The position numbers and the translations under genes were made by a program. A stretch of DNA of 53,418 nt, filler included, from a bacterium (GTDB taxonomy: Bacteria; UBA9089; CG2-30-40-21; SBAY01): the NCBI GenBank assembly GCA_040757115.1. It is 3 parts of 3 records of this genome, joined end to end, with 100 filler letters (N's around TTAATTAATTAA, not from the genome) between each part and the next. Parts side by side here need not be neighbours in the genome. Positions count along the whole stretch, not along the records: positions 18,124 to 35,741 come from JBFLYA010000070.1; 2 more parts are not named here. One strand, written 5' to 3'. Shown here in pieces: positions 18,024-29,236 of the stretch (its first letter is position 1; every line of letters starts with the position of its first letter). The notes below the pieces were generated by a model. It saw only the letters and a list, made by a program, of their open reading frames with translations. It ran no database searches and was not told the DNA's origin.

Positions 18024-18123
18024 NNNNNNNNNNNNNNNNNNNNNNNNNNNNNNNNNNNNNNNNNNNNTTAATTAATTAANNNNNNNNNNNNNNNNNNNNN
18101 NNNNNNNNNNNNNNNNNNNNNNN
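18024..18123. other. Artificial contig-joining linker
   Basis: N-run + TTAATTAATTAA (stops in all six frames) + N-run, 100 nt in total. Confidence 0.97.
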
Positions 18124-18138
18124 AGGAGGTTGGTTAAA

Positions 18139-21100
18139 ATGTTAAAACAAAATAAGAGTTGTAAGTATAAGAGAGAGAGAGATTACGAAAGAAAAGAAGT
18201 TTTAAGTGGAGGTTTTTTATGTTTTTTAAGCAGGCTGATAGTATTAATTGCCTGCTTTATTTTTGCCTTGTCAGATAAGGCTTATAGCGATACTTATGAA
18301 TCTTCACAAAATAGTCCTATCTCGGCGATAGCTCCTTTATCCTTTGGTAGTGGTCCTCTACCACAGGCATCAGATTTTCAAACCCGGATACAGGGTAATG
18401 GAGCAAATTTATATACCGGGGATATGAATTTACCTATTCCTTTATTTACAGTGCCAGGCAGAGGTGGTCTAAATTACCCGATTAACCTTTCTTATCAAGC
18501 CGGGATTAAAGTTGACCAGGGGGCATCCTGGGTTGGGTTGGGCTGGGATTTAATACCAGAAGCGATTACTCGAAATGTAATCGGTTACCCCGATGACTAC
18601 TTAAAAAGTGAAGCTGAACTTAAAATCTCTGAAAAAAAATTTATAAAAAATATCGATGGATTTCTATACACAACTGATACAACCTCCTATGTTATCGAGA
18701 ATGATCCTAATGTATATGTAGCTTATGATAATAATTTCTATGGAACTCCTCGTGGTACACAATTAAAAAGTTATTCCTTCTCTCTTCAGGAACCTGCAAG
18801 TATCAAGATTAATGCTACATGTAGACATCAATATCCCACAAATTATTATTGGTATGAACTTACTATCATATTTGATGGAGAAAAAGTATTATATTATGAT
18901 GCTTACCTGGGGCCAGAAACTCATTATTACTGGAAAGATTTCACCGTAAATGTTGACTATGTTGCTCCAGGAAGTCATACTGTTGAATGGTGGATGTATG
19001 CTCGTAAAGAAGGTGACAGTAATGGTGCTGAGATGAAAGATGCCAAGATAGAAGCTGTTAAACATGTTTGTGATACAGCTACTCCAGATGTTTTTTCTCT
19101 ATCAGGAAAAAGATTAATTATGACTGGCAATCCGAATAATCGTAAATTTCATCTACAAAAGACTCAAGGTAGAACCTCATCTGAGTTACAAATAGATGAT
19201 GCCATTAAAATTGAGTATGGGACTGATTCTGCTACTGGTGTTATTAATTTCTTTATAGTTACTGCCGTAGATGGAACTAAATACATCTATAATTATCCAG
19301 TGTATATAAAAAATCAAAACTCAAATTCTATCACAAAAGAGGGGAAGAATACACAGTTAGGTACTACCATATATTACAAAAGCAAAATTACTACTACAAC
19401 TTTTAATAAGCCTTATCCTTATGCCTGGTTATTAACCGCTATCCTTTCTCCAGATTACATAGATGTGAATAATAACCATCTCCCTGATTTAGAAGATAGT
19501 GGTAATTGGATAAGGTTTAATTATGTCAAAGATGCCACTGATTATCGTTTTAAATACCCTTATAGTGGAGATTATACCGATGCACCGTTTGGTGGTAATA
19601 TGGCTATTGAAAGTTTGCGGGAATTATTTCATCTTGAATCCATTGAGACACCTACACATATCGCCTATTTTGATGTGGCTACTGATAGACAGGATGTTAG
19701 AGAATATAATGGTGCCAGACATCCGGTAAGATTAAAAGAGGTGAGATTATATCATCGAAATACCTTTGATCTAAATAACCCGGATGCAGTTATCCAGAGT
19801 ACCTATTTTGATTATGATTATTCCTTATGTCAAGGGACACCAGATTCCGCAAGTGGTAAACTAACATTACAAAACATTACTCAATATGGTCAAGGTGGTA
19901 AGGCAAAGGGTGAGGCTTTACCACCAACAGCCTTTACCTATCACCCAGATAACCCAAATTGGGATAAATACAAATGGGACTGCTGGGGATATTATTACGA
20001 GAATGGCTCTGAAGGGAATCATAACCTTGAAGGTAAATCAGATGGATTAAAACCCTGGGCCTGGTCTGTGAGCAAAGTAATTTTGCCTACCGGAGGTTCT
20101 ATTGAATGGGAATATGAATCAGATGATTATGGCATTGAAGGGGAAAGTAAAGTAAAATATGGCGGTGGAGTTAGGATTAGAACAGTAACAACTGATGATG
20201 GCTTAGGGAATAAATTCTCTACAAGATATTTATATAAGACGAATGATGTCGATTGGAGTAATAGTAACAGTAGTGGATTTGCTTCGGTAGAGCCTCCGCC
20301 ATTTTCTACTTCAACTCCTTCTCTTTATACCCTTGAGTCTCCTCAAGAACAATCTTATGTGGGCTATAAGAAAGTAACTGCTATTCCGGGATATGAGTCC
20401 CATACCCCTACTAAAACTTCTCATGGTTATATAGTTCGTGAATTTACCGGGTGGCAAGAAAAAACTGTGCTGTATGATGGTCCTAGTTGGAAAATAGAAA
20501 ATGATTTTCAGTGGCGATGTATAAAAACACTTAATATTAAATTAGACCATAAAGCAAAACTCAAAATTAGCTGCTATGGAATACAAACTAATGGGGATTA
20601 TGCCTATCAAGTCAAGATAATAGTAGACGGTAACGAGGTATATTCTCAATATGTTGGGGGAAGAACATATAATGATGTGGGGCGACGTTTTACAACAAAA
20701 GAAATAGAAGTTTCTCCAGGTGCTCATAAAATTGAATTCTGGGGAGAAGCGGATAAATATGTTGCCTATCTGAGTAATTTTAGTATATTTTGGGATTATT
20801 ATCAGGATATAGAATATAAAAGGGGAATACTAAAAACTACTAAATTTTATGACTCTTTAAACAATCTTACTAAATCAGTAGAATATAGCTATAAATTTGA
20901 TGAACAGGTAAAATGGTCAAACGACAAAGAAAATTTAACCAGTGGCTGGGCAAAACTGGATAAGGTAGAGACAACTATTGATGGCATCACTACCACCACA
21001 GAATACGAATATCATCCCGCTAACGGCTTAATTAGTAAGAAGATTGAAAGAGGTAATAATGAGGATAGAATCACTCAAATTACCTATGCTTTTGACCCAT

Positions 21101-24100
21101 ATCCTATTCCTAATGGTAGTTTTGAAAGTTGGGATGGAAAATCACCTATAGATTGGACAAGCAATGGATTTATTCCATCAGATGAAGCCCCTGAAGGTTT
21201 AAGAGATGCTTACGAAGGTGTCAGGAGTGCTTGTAGTGTTCTTTCATTTGGTAATATTATTCCTACTCTATTAATAGGCCTTATTTGTGAAATTCGAGAT
21301 GATTCAAATAATTTGCTTACAACGGTCTATTATCGTGAGGATGACTTAACAGATAATTGGAGAGAGTTTACAATAAATTTAAACCAATTTAAAGGCAAAA
21401 GGGGTAGAATTATCTTTTATGGACTTAACAACAATACCCTTACTTCTGATCTTTTCGACTTAGACGGTAATCTTAAGTTTTGGGGCAAAAAGTTTCGTGG
21501 CAAAATAGAAAACAAAAACTATCTTGCTGTTTTTGTTGATTGCTGTGAAATTACAGGTTCTACTCAACCATATAGTAATAATATGAAGACTAAACATATG
21601 TTAAGTCAAATATATAAGAAAGCAATTTATGATAATAATGCCCTGGTAGATTTATCTATAACTTCCTGGAGTGATAATTTTGATAGTGGACAGATATATC
21701 CCAAAACAAGCTACAAATGGTTGGATAAGAATAAAGATGGTCAATTTCTTACTCAATATCAGGAGCTTGACGATAACCCTGAACTTATCTGTACCTCAAG
21801 ATTCCTAAAATACGATGCTTACGGTAACTTACTCAAAGAAGTAGATACCAATAATGGCACTACTACATATTTCTATGGTGATAATTCCAAACCTTATAAA
21901 GAACCTGAAGCTGACGGTACATACAATGATATTAATGGCGGTGGTTACTTCGCACATGCCTATCTTACCGCAGTTCAAAATGCCTTAGGACATACTGCTA
22001 CTACTTTCTACAACCACGATACGACTATTGGAACTGTCACAGATGCTAATGGTGTTTCTACCATTTATCTCTATGATAATTTTGGCAGATTGAAAAAGGA
22101 AGTAAAACCAGGTGATACTATTGAGTCGCCTACGGTAGAGTATGATTATTACTATGCCCTCACCAAAGGTTTGCTTGGCTATGTCAAGCATGAGAAGCCT
22201 ACTCCTTATGAATCCTCTCCTCCCTTTCCACTTTCTCCTTCTCCTCCACAAGAGGAATCACAGAACGCTAATCTGAATATGATAACTATCTGGCAAAAAC
22301 TCGAAGGGACTAAAACTATCCAGGTTAGAAAACATTATGATGGTTTAGGAAGATTACTTCGCACTGAAGCTGAAAATACTAATAATAGTTCTATTGAATC
22401 TTATTCCCAAAAATGGGAAAAGGACTGGAGTAGTTGTCAGCTAAGTAATATCACTACTGAAAATGAAAATTTAGTCTTAGCAAAGTTCACCGGAGGATAT
22501 AATTATCTCTCGGTTTATGCGGAGACTCGACATGGAAGTAGCTATGAGTATAACCTTTCTCTATCAGATTCCAGTTATAAAATGGACAAATGGTGGAGGA
22601 CAAATCTTCAACAACATCGCAGTTATGATAATGGAACAGCTATAGATTATGTTAATAATGTGCTTCGAATAAGGTTTCGTTGTGATGGTAGTAAGTGGAC
22701 TCATAAGGCTTATTATGGTGCTACATATCATGTTGAAGGTAACAAGTATTACAATCAAGGCACTGTCATCTCTCAGCCTATATACTGTGGAGAGGTAGGC
22801 TCCTGGGGTAAGTTTGAGACAGAGGTAGAGGGGCATATTTTCTGGAGGCTTCCCCAAGGTATGTGTATAATGCCGCCTTTGGGAGGTTGGGGACCATCAA
22901 TAACCTTTTATACCCAAAGTAGTGATAATGGGATAGATTGGGAAGACTGGCAACAGGTAGCCGATGGAGATGATGGAATTAAGTCTTCCGTTAAGCGATA
23001 TATTCGTTGGAAGGCTTCTTTTCTTGAAAGTGAAGGGAAAACTGCTGTTTTAAAAAATGTTATTATAAACTGGAATATAAAAGTAGATAATGACATCATT
23101 AGCGATATTGAATACAATAAATTGGGTTTAAAAGAAAAAGTATTTAAACCCTATATCGAGAAAGAAGGGAGAGGAGGATATACCAACTACATCTATGAGT
23201 CAAACCCATTAGCCCGTATCTCTCAGGTGATTTATCCAGATAATAGCACGGTGACAACTTCATATAGTAACGACGGTCAGAATCGCATAGTTACTGTGAA
23301 GGATGAAAATAACCAGTGGACGCAAACTAAATTCGATAAATTAGGGAATATGATTGAGAAACAAACTGACTCTATTGATGGTATTACCTTCAATAACTCT
23401 ACTACCTATGAATACGACATACTGGGCAATCTTCTTAAAGTATCTGACCCTAAAGGAAATACAACTGAATTTAGGTATGATACATTAGGCCAACTTATCA
23501 AAAAGAACCATCCTGATACGGGCATAACCGAATATCGTTACGATAATAATGGCAATCTGCAGTTTAAACGAGATGCATTGCATACCCAAGAAGGTTTATG
23601 GGTAGAATATCGTTATGACCTCCTCAATAGACTTACCCAAAAAGGTGTCCTTAACTACTCTGGAGATAATCCCTATGAGGCACAAAACTTTGAGTCAAAG
23701 GTAGATTACCTCTATGACGGTAAGCATTCTTATGCACCTCAAGGGGATAACTATCCCATCGGTAACCTTACCCGAATGATAGATGGGGTAGGGACAACGA
23801 CCTATTACTATGATGTTAGAGCCAGATTGGTCAGACAGGAACAGTTCCTTAGTGGTGCTAACTATGTTACCAGATATTCATATGATTCTGGAGATAATAT
23901 CATATCCATCACCGACCCGGCGGGTAAAGTAACTAATTACTCTTATAACCACCTCAATCAACTTACTTCACTCAATATTAACGACATCGGTTCTGTTACA
24001 TATACCTATACCCCAGAATCTGCGGTAGATAATATTAACTTTGCTAATGGCATCACCACTAAATACTCATATTATCCGCGTGGTTGGATAAAGATAATTG

Positions 24101-26877
24101 ATACCCAAAAAGCCAGTAACCTTATCTTTCAACGATTATTTACTTATGACCCATCTGGTAATCTCAAACAGGAATATTCAGACGCTACCGGGACGACAGC
24201 ATTTGCCAATTATACCTATGATAACCTGAATAGACTTACGGCTATAGAGTATACACCCGTAGATTATAAAGATATAACCTATGGATATGATAAAGCAGGA
24301 AATCGACTTAGCTCACAGGTTCAATCTGAGCCAGTCCGTAACTATATCTATACCTCTAATCGCCTTAAATCAGATGGGGTTTATAGTTATGAGTATTATC
24401 CAAATGGTAATCTGAAGTCTAAATCAGGTCAAGGAGAGGTTATTACTTATTACTATGATTATGAGAATAATCTGATTATGATTGGTAAAAATGGATTTTT
24501 GGAAGAGCGGTATGTATATGATGGGGATGGAAGACGGGTAGAGAAGATAAAAGGCGAGGATGTTACTATATACCATTATGACCTTTCAGATAGGGTATTA
24601 TGTGAGATGAAGGGAAAGACAGAGGTTAAACAAACAGTTTCTTTAAAATATAATATTTCTAAGACCGATTATCAATGGATAGAAACTACACAGGCTACCG
24701 GTATAACCGGAGATGACCAGACGATATTGTTTAATCTACCATTTAAGTTCAAGTTTTATGGCTATGAGTATGATAAGGTCTATGTCTGTAGTAATGGTTT
24801 TTTAAGTTTTACCTCAAATTCAAGGAGATATAGGGCAGATAACATCCCTAATTCAAGTGACCCAAATGCCTTAGTCGCACCATTCTGGCGGGATTTAGAC
24901 CCAAGAAAAGGAGGCAGCATTACTTACATAAGTAATAATGAGAGACTTGTCGTTAGCTGGGATAATGTCTCTCTTTATTCACCACGAGGTAATTACCAGA
25001 CATTTCAGGTTATACTTAATAAAGATGGCACGATTACATTTCAGTATAAAGACTTGCAAGGAGTGGACGAGAGAGTTGTAGTTGGGATAGAAAATCAAGC
25101 AGGGAGTGAAGGAGAGGCGTATGATTGGAATTCACTTGAAAATGGTCTGGCACTAAAGATTCAAGCACTAACAGGCAAAGAGGCTATTCCAAAAGAAGAG
25201 GTTAAATATGAGATGGCGGAGATTAACTATGACTGGATAGAAACTGATACACCATCCGGGATTATCTATGATGATCAGAACGAACCTTTTAACTTACCAT
25301 TTACCTTTAGTTACTATGGCAAGGATTACGATAAGGTAAATGTATGCAGTAATGGTTTCTTGAGTTTTACATCAAGAAGCACGGCTTATTGGTCATACTG
25401 GCTAAACATTCCTGACAATCAGGACCCAAATGCCATGATAGCACCATTTTTTAGAGACCTGAATCCAGGAGTTGGTGGTAAGATTACATATAAGGATTTA
25501 GGTGATAAGTGGGTAATGAGTTGGGAAGATATACCGTTGTACTGGCCACGGGATAAAAAAGAGACATTTCAGGTAATACTGAATGTAGACGGTTCGATTA
25601 TATTTCAGTATAAAGACCTACAACATGTAGATTCTTATGTAAAAGCAGGGATAGAAGATGAGCGAGGAAAGGAAGGAATAGGAATTAGTCAGACATCACT
25701 TGCCAATGGCAAGGCTTATGAGATAGTGCGGGTAGTCCAGAAGTTAGAATCACCACCTGCAGAGAAGGTAACTATTACCAGTAAGACCTCGTATGTCTAT
25801 GGTAATGGGCAGTTAGTGGCGAAGCTACAGGAAGAACCAATTAACTCTGCTCCCAAGATTTATTACTACCATAATGACCACTTAGGTTCAGCAAGGGTGA
25901 TTACGGATAAGGACGGCAAGGTAGTCGAGCAGTATTTCTATTATCCCTTTGGTGGTGGCGGACCTGCGGGCGGACCGACATTTACTGGCAAGGAGCTGGA
26001 TGACAGCGGCCTATTCTACTTCGGCGCCAGATACTACGACCCGGCATTGGGGAGGTTTATCTCACCGGATCCAATACAGGTGCCAGGAGAGAATATCTAT
26101 GTCTATTGTGCCAACAATCCATTGAAGTATGTAGACCCAAATGGGGAATGGTTCTGGGAAGTTGTACATTTCTTATGGAATGTTTACAGAGCTTATACAA
26201 TTGGTAGGTCGATTTACAATGCATATCAATACGGTGGCTGGGAATATGCATTAATGAGTGCTGGTAGTAGCTGGATGTTTAATCAATTCAGTGCGGGGAT
26301 AAGTGCAGGAATAGATTTTGGTGATTGGGGAGGAGCATTAGGAGATATACTTGAGTTAAGTGTAGAAAGGGCGATATACGGCGGAGTAGGAGCAGCGATG
26401 TATGGTGGAGATTTCTGGGAAGGGGCAAAAGCAGGCGCAATTAGTGGTGCTAAATTCGGTGCGATAGGATACCTCGTTGGTAATCCTGCTGACCCAACTG
26501 ATTCATGCTATGGAGTTAATTCCTTTGTAGGAGGAGTAATAGGAAAAGAAGTAATAAAAAGAGCTCCGAGAGCATGGAATCTACTAAAAAATGTGATAAA
26601 TAAGATTAAGGGGAAATTTGGGAAGGGGGAAGCAAAGTGGCAATTTGGGAAGGATAAGTCTTTAACTAAATGGCAAAATCAAATGAGAACCAGAGGTTGG
26701 ACTGAGAAACAAATTACTGAAGCAATAGAAAGAGGAATTCGTGTGCCAGCAGTTAATAAAATAAATCCAGCAAATGGAGCAACTCGCTTTATTCATCCAG
26801 AAACTGGAAAATCAGTCGTTATTGATAATGTAACTAAAGAAATTATACATATTGGAGGGAAAGGTTTTGTCTATTAA
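18139..26877 (+). CDS. Giant RHS/YD-repeat polymorphic toxin with C-terminal colicin E5-like RNase
   Basis: Signal-peptide-like segment; SpvB/TcB-like start (GRGGL.YPI.LSY..G...SWVGLGW); YD repeats; two nidogen-like domains; RHS core (YYHNDHLGS...GARYYDP..GRF...DPNG); tip KWQNQM..RGWT...ATRF.HP.TG.SVVID. Start taken at the ATG after AGGAGG (the ORF track starts at 18130). Confidence 0.92.
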   Translation: MLKQNKSCKYKRERDYERKEVLSGGFLCFLSRLIVLIACFIFALSDKAYSDTYESSQNSPISAIAPLSFGSGPLPQASDFQTRIQGNGANLYTGDMNLPIPLFTVPGRGGLNYPINLSYQAGIKVDQGASWVGLGWDLIPEAITRNVIGYPDDYLKSEAELKISEKKFIKNIDGFLYTTDTTSYVIENDPNVYVAYDNNFYGTPRGTQLKSYSFSLQEPASIKINATCRHQYPTNYYWYELTIIFDGEKVLYYDAYLGPETHYYWKDFTVNVDYVAPGSHTVEWWMYARKEGDSNGAEMKDAKIEAVKHVCDTATPDVFSLSGKRLIMTGNPNNRKFHLQKTQGRTSSELQIDDAIKIEYGTDSATGVINFFIVTAVDGTKYIYNYPVYIKNQNSNSITKEGKNTQLGTTIYYKSKITTTTFNKPYPYAWLLTAILSPDYIDVNNNHLPDLEDSGNWIRFNYVKDATDYRFKYPYSGDYTDAPFGGNMAIESLRELFHLESIETPTHIAYFDVATDRQDVREYNGARHPVRLKEVRLYHRNTFDLNNPDAVIQSTYFDYDYSLCQGTPDSASGKLTLQNITQYGQGGKAKGEALPPTAFTYHPDNPNWDKYKWDCWGYYYENGSEGNHNLEGKSDGLKPWAWSVSKVILPTGGSIEWEYESDDYGIEGESKVKYGGGVRIRTVTTDDGLGNKFSTRYLYKTNDVDWSNSNSSGFASVEPPPFSTSTPSLYTLESPQEQSYVGYKKVTAIPGYESHTPTKTSHGYIVREFTGWQEKTVLYDGPSWKIENDFQWRCIKTLNIKLDHKAKLKISCYGIQTNGDYAYQVKIIVDGNEVYSQYVGGRTYNDVGRRFTTKEIEVSPGAHKIEFWGEADKYVAYLSNFSIFWDYYQDIEYKRGILKTTKFYDSLNNLTKSVEYSYKFDEQVKWSNDKENLTSGWAKLDKVETTIDGITTTTEYEYHPANGLISKKIERGNNEDRITQITYAFDPYPIPNGSFESWDGKSPIDWTSNGFIPSDEAPEGLRDAYEGVRSACSVLSFGNIIPTLLIGLICEIRDDSNNLLTTVYYREDDLTDNWREFTINLNQFKGKRGRIIFYGLNNNTLTSDLFDLDGNLKFWGKKFRGKIENKNYLAVFVDCCEITGSTQPYSNNMKTKHMLSQIYKKAIYDNNALVDLSITSWSDNFDSGQIYPKTSYKWLDKNKDGQFLTQYQELDDNPELICTSRFLKYDAYGNLLKEVDTNNGTTTYFYGDNSKPYKEPEADGTYNDINGGGYFAHAYLTAVQNALGHTATTFYNHDTTIGTVTDANGVSTIYLYDNFGRLKKEVKPGDTIESPTVEYDYYYALTKGLLGYVKHEKPTPYESSPPFPLSPSPPQEESQNANLNMITIWQKLEGTKTIQVRKHYDGLGRLLRTEAENTNNSSIESYSQKWEKDWSSCQLSNITTENENLVLAKFTGGYNYLSVYAETRHGSSYEYNLSLSDSSYKMDKWWRTNLQQHRSYDNGTAIDYVNNVLRIRFRCDGSKWTHKAYYGATYHVEGNKYYNQGTVISQPIYCGEVGSWGKFETEVEGHIFWRLPQGMCIMPPLGGWGPSITFYTQSSDNGIDWEDWQQVADGDDGIKSSVKRYIRWKASFLESEGKTAVLKNVIINWNIKVDNDIISDIEYNKLGLKEKVFKPYIEKEGRGGYTNYIYESNPLARISQVIYPDNSTVTTSYSNDGQNRIVTVKDENNQWTQTKFDKLGNMIEKQTDSIDGITFNNSTTYEYDILGNLLKVSDPKGNTTEFRYDTLGQLIKKNHPDTGITEYRYDNNGNLQFKRDALHTQEGLWVEYRYDLLNRLTQKGVLNYSGDNPYEAQNFESKVDYLYDGKHSYAPQGDNYPIGNLTRMIDGVGTTTYYYDVRARLVRQEQFLSGANYVTRYSYDSGDNIISITDPAGKVTNYSYNHLNQLTSLNINDIGSVTYTYTPESAVDNINFANGITTKYSYYPRGWIKIIDTQKASNLIFQRLFTYDPSGNLKQEYSDATGTTAFANYTYDNLNRLTAIEYTPVDYKDITYGYDKAGNRLSSQVQSEPVRNYIYTSNRLKSDGVYSYEYYPNGNLKSKSGQGEVITYYYDYENNLIMIGKNGFLEERYVYDGDGRRVEKIKGEDVTIYHYDLSDRVLCEMKGKTEVKQTVSLKYNISKTDYQWIETTQATGITGDDQTILFNLPFKFKFYGYEYDKVYVCSNGFLSFTSNSRRYRADNIPNSSDPNALVAPFWRDLDPRKGGSITYISNNERLVVSWDNVSLYSPRGNYQTFQVILNKDGTITFQYKDLQGVDERVVVGIENQAGSEGEAYDWNSLENGLALKIQALTGKEAIPKEEVKYEMAEINYDWIETDTPSGIIYDDQNEPFNLPFTFSYYGKDYDKVNVCSNGFLSFTSRSTAYWSYWLNIPDNQDPNAMIAPFFRDLNPGVGGKITYKDLGDKWVMSWEDIPLYWPRDKKETFQVILNVDGSIIFQYKDLQHVDSYVKAGIEDERGKEGIGISQTSLANGKAYEIVRVVQKLESPPAEKVTITSKTSYVYGNGQLVAKLQEEPINSAPKIYYYHNDHLGSARVITDKDGKVVEQYFYYPFGGGGPAGGPTFTGKELDDSGLFYFGARYYDPALGRFISPDPIQVPGENIYVYCANNPLKYVDPNGEWFWEVVHFLWNVYRAYTIGRSIYNAYQYGGWEYALMSAGSSWMFNQFSAGISAGIDFGDWGGALGDILELSVERAIYGGVGAAMYGGDFWEGAKAGAISGAKFGAIGYLVGNPADPTDSCYGVNSFVGGVIGKEVIKRAPRAWNLLKNVINKIKGKFGKGEAKWQFGKDKSLTKWQNQMRTRGWTEKQITEAIERGIRVPAVNKINPANGATRFIHPETGKSVVIDNVTKEIIHIGGKGFVY

Positions 26878-27109
26878 GAATGAAAAAAAAGAAGAGATAT
26901 ATATCCCATTACTAAATGAGGGAGTTGATGTTTTTAGACCTACTTTGGGTATTGAAATAGAGAAAAATATTTTTAAAGTGCTTCCAATAGAAAAATATGA
27001 TCCAGAAGATGAAAGATGGAAATTTTTGCCTGGAAGTATTGTTAGATGTAAAAAAGAGATTCGGGAAGGAAAAGAGATATTAATTGCAACAGAACTCCAG
27101 AACTCCTGA
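26852..27109 (+). CDS. Probable immunity protein for the colicin E5-like toxin
   Basis: Small ORF overlapping the toxin stop; IYIPLLNEG..V.RPT...YDPEDE.W.F.PGS.VRC; exact start uncertain. Confidence 0.7.
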   Translation: MEGKVLSIKNEKKEEIYIPLLNEGVDVFRPTLGIEIEKNIFKVLPIEKYDPEDERWKFLPGSIVRCKKEIREGKEILIATELQNS

Positions 27110-27121
27110 CAGGAGGATGAA

Positions 27122-27458
27122 GATCGCATCTTGAATTGTGAATTGACATGTTACATAACTTATTGTTAATAAAAGGAATAGAGTGGTGAAAATTGGGGTT
27201 AGGCTTCGAGCAGAATTAACTAAATTGCTCTTTGAAAACTTAAGACACGGATTACACTGATTTATGGTCGGGGATAGGGTCGGGGTCGGGGATAGGGTCG
27301 GGGTCGGGGATAGGGTCGCATCTTGAATTGGGGTCGGGGATAGGGTCGGTCGGGGATAGGGTCGCATCTTGAATTGTGAATTGTTAATAAAGGAATAGTA
27401 AAATTTACTTTTTCTTTCCTAAATTGCTCTTTGAAAATTAAGCATCCATGATAATAGA
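27122..27458 (+). repeat. Cassette leader copies plus GGGGATAGGGTC tandem repeats
   Basis: TCGCATCTTGAATTG occurs three times; two TGCTCTTTGAAAA copies (27226, 27425); 12-18 bp G-rich tandem repeats at 27266-27362. Confidence 0.9.
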
Positions 27459-28923
27459 GATAGCACCATTTTTTAGAGACCTGAATCCAAGAGCTGGTGG
27501 TAAGATTACTTATAAGGATTTAGGTGATAAGTGGGTAATGAGTTGGGAAGATATACCGTTGTACTGGCCACGGGATAAAAAAGAGACATTTCAGGTAATA
27601 CTGAATGTAGACGGTTCGATTATATTTCAGTATAAAGACTTGCAACGCGTAGATTCCTGGGTAAAAGCAGGGATAGAAGATGAGCGAGGAAAAGAGGGAA
27701 TAGGAATTAGTCAGACATCACTTGCCAATGGCAAGGCATACGAGATAGTGCGGGTAGTCCAGAAGTTAGAATCACCACCGGCAGAGAAGGTAACTATCAC
27801 CAGTAAGACCTCGTATGTCTATGGAAATGGGCAGTTAGTAGCAAAGTTACAGGAAGAGCCAATTGGCTCTTCACCGAAGGTGTATTACTACCATAATGAC
27901 CACTTAGGCTCGGCGCGAGCAATTACTGATAAAGATGGGAAGGTAGTCGAGCAGTATTTCTATTATCCCTTTGGTGGTGGCGGACCTGTCGGTGGACCGA
28001 CATTTACTGGCAAGGAGCTGGATGATAGCGGCCTCTTCTACTTCGGCGCCAGATACTATGACCCGGCATTGGGTAGATTCATTACCCCAGACCCAATTCA
28101 AGCCGCAGGCCAAAATCTGTATGTCTATTGTTACAACAATCCGCTTGGCTATGTTGATCCGAATGGTGAGTGGGCTTTTATTCCATTCCTGATTAGTGTA
28201 TTTAAAGTCTACTCAATTGCCAGTACCATTTATAATATCTATCAAGGATATAAATATGGAGGTTTTGAAGGAGCCATACAGGCAGGAATGGTAAGTTTTG
28301 CCAGTTGGATGCTAACCAGTAGTATTGACTTTGGCAATGAACTCTGGCAAGATATGTTGGAGGGAGCATTATCAGGGGCGATAAGTGGGGGCATAAGTGC
28401 CTTAGTCTACGGTGGAGATTTTGGTAAGGCTATGTATCAAGGCGCTGGCTGGGGTGCTGCTGGCGGTGCAATTGGTCATTGGGCTGAAAAAGTAATGGAA
28501 TCTTATGAAAATGCACCAAAAGATGAGGCAACATTGTATGCGTGGGATAAACCAGAACCAGGGAAGGGGAGGTGGCCACATGCTTCAGTAGAATTTGAAG
28601 GTGGATATGAAAGTTTATATCCTGGTAAGAAAATGAGTTTAGCTGATGATAAAGAAATTCACAAGGATAAGCCAGAAACATTATATAAGCCTCACAATAA
28701 GGATATGATAGTAAAAGGCCTTGATAAGAATAAAATTAGTAAAATAGATAAAGCGTGGACTCCATACAGCTATAATTGCGCAGATCATGCTCAAGCAGTA
28801 TTACAGGCTGGGGGCGCACAATTCTTGCCGAAATTGTTCATAAATACTCCTAATAGCCTTTACTATAGAGTCCAAATAAGAAGAGCATGGCGAACATTTT
28901 TATACGGAAAACAAGAATGGTAA
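27448..28923 (+). CDS. RHS replacement cassette 1: partial nidogen-like domain + RHS core + papain/NlpC-P60-like toxin tip
   Basis: Near-identical to the main gene from 25437 to the DPNG junction; the tip carries WPHAS and YNCAD (His before Cys). Confidence 0.85.
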   Translation: MIIEIAPFFRDLNPRAGGKITYKDLGDKWVMSWEDIPLYWPRDKKETFQVILNVDGSIIFQYKDLQRVDSWVKAGIEDERGKEGIGISQTSLANGKAYEIVRVVQKLESPPAEKVTITSKTSYVYGNGQLVAKLQEEPIGSSPKVYYYHNDHLGSARAITDKDGKVVEQYFYYPFGGGGPVGGPTFTGKELDDSGLFYFGARYYDPALGRFITPDPIQAAGQNLYVYCYNNPLGYVDPNGEWAFIPFLISVFKVYSIASTIYNIYQGYKYGGFEGAIQAGMVSFASWMLTSSIDFGNELWQDMLEGALSGAISGGISALVYGGDFGKAMYQGAGWGAAGGAIGHWAEKVMESYENAPKDEATLYAWDKPEPGKGRWPHASVEFEGGYESLYPGKKMSLADDKEIHKDKPETLYKPHNKDMIVKGLDKNKISKIDKAWTPYSYNCADHAQAVLQAGGAQFLPKLFINTPNSLYYRVQIRRAWRTFLYGKQEW

Positions 28924-28950
28924 TAAAGTTCTATTAGTCAGAGGAATAAT

Positions 28951-29136
28951 ATGCAAAAACATTTTTTTAACATCTTTTGGATTTTTTTAATTTTTACTAT
29001 TGGTTGTACACATAGTTATAAATCAAACTCTGATCTTAATAAGGTTTATCTACTTGAAGAGATAGGACTTGGAACTTACTTTTATGGTGATTCATATAAC
29101 CAAGGGCGAGAATGGGGGTCGCATCTTGAATTGTGA
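28951..29136 (+). pseudogene. Lipoprotein immunity candidate, truncated
   Basis: Lipobox-like FTIGC after a hydrophobic stretch; the ORF runs into the conserved cassette leader at ~29114. Confidence 0.55.
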
Positions 29137-29236
29137 ATTGACATTTTACATAACTTATTGTTAATAAAGGAATAGTAAAATTTACTTTTTCTTCTCTTAA
29201 TTGCTCTTTGAAAATTAAACATCTCTGATAATAGAA
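29114..29236 (+). repeat. Cassette leader copy
   Basis: GGGGTCGCATCTTGAATTGTGAATTGACA...TGCTCTTTGAAAATTAAACATC.CTGATAATAGA. Confidence 0.9.

Noticed and set aside
18024-18123. TTAATTAATTAA palindrome between N-runs (also at 35742-35841)
   Set aside because: Artificial six-frame-stop linker; no biological adjacency can be inferred across it.
27266-27362. Possible CRISPR array
   Set aside because: Repeats are 12-18 bp, directly tandem, with no unique spacers and no cas genes.
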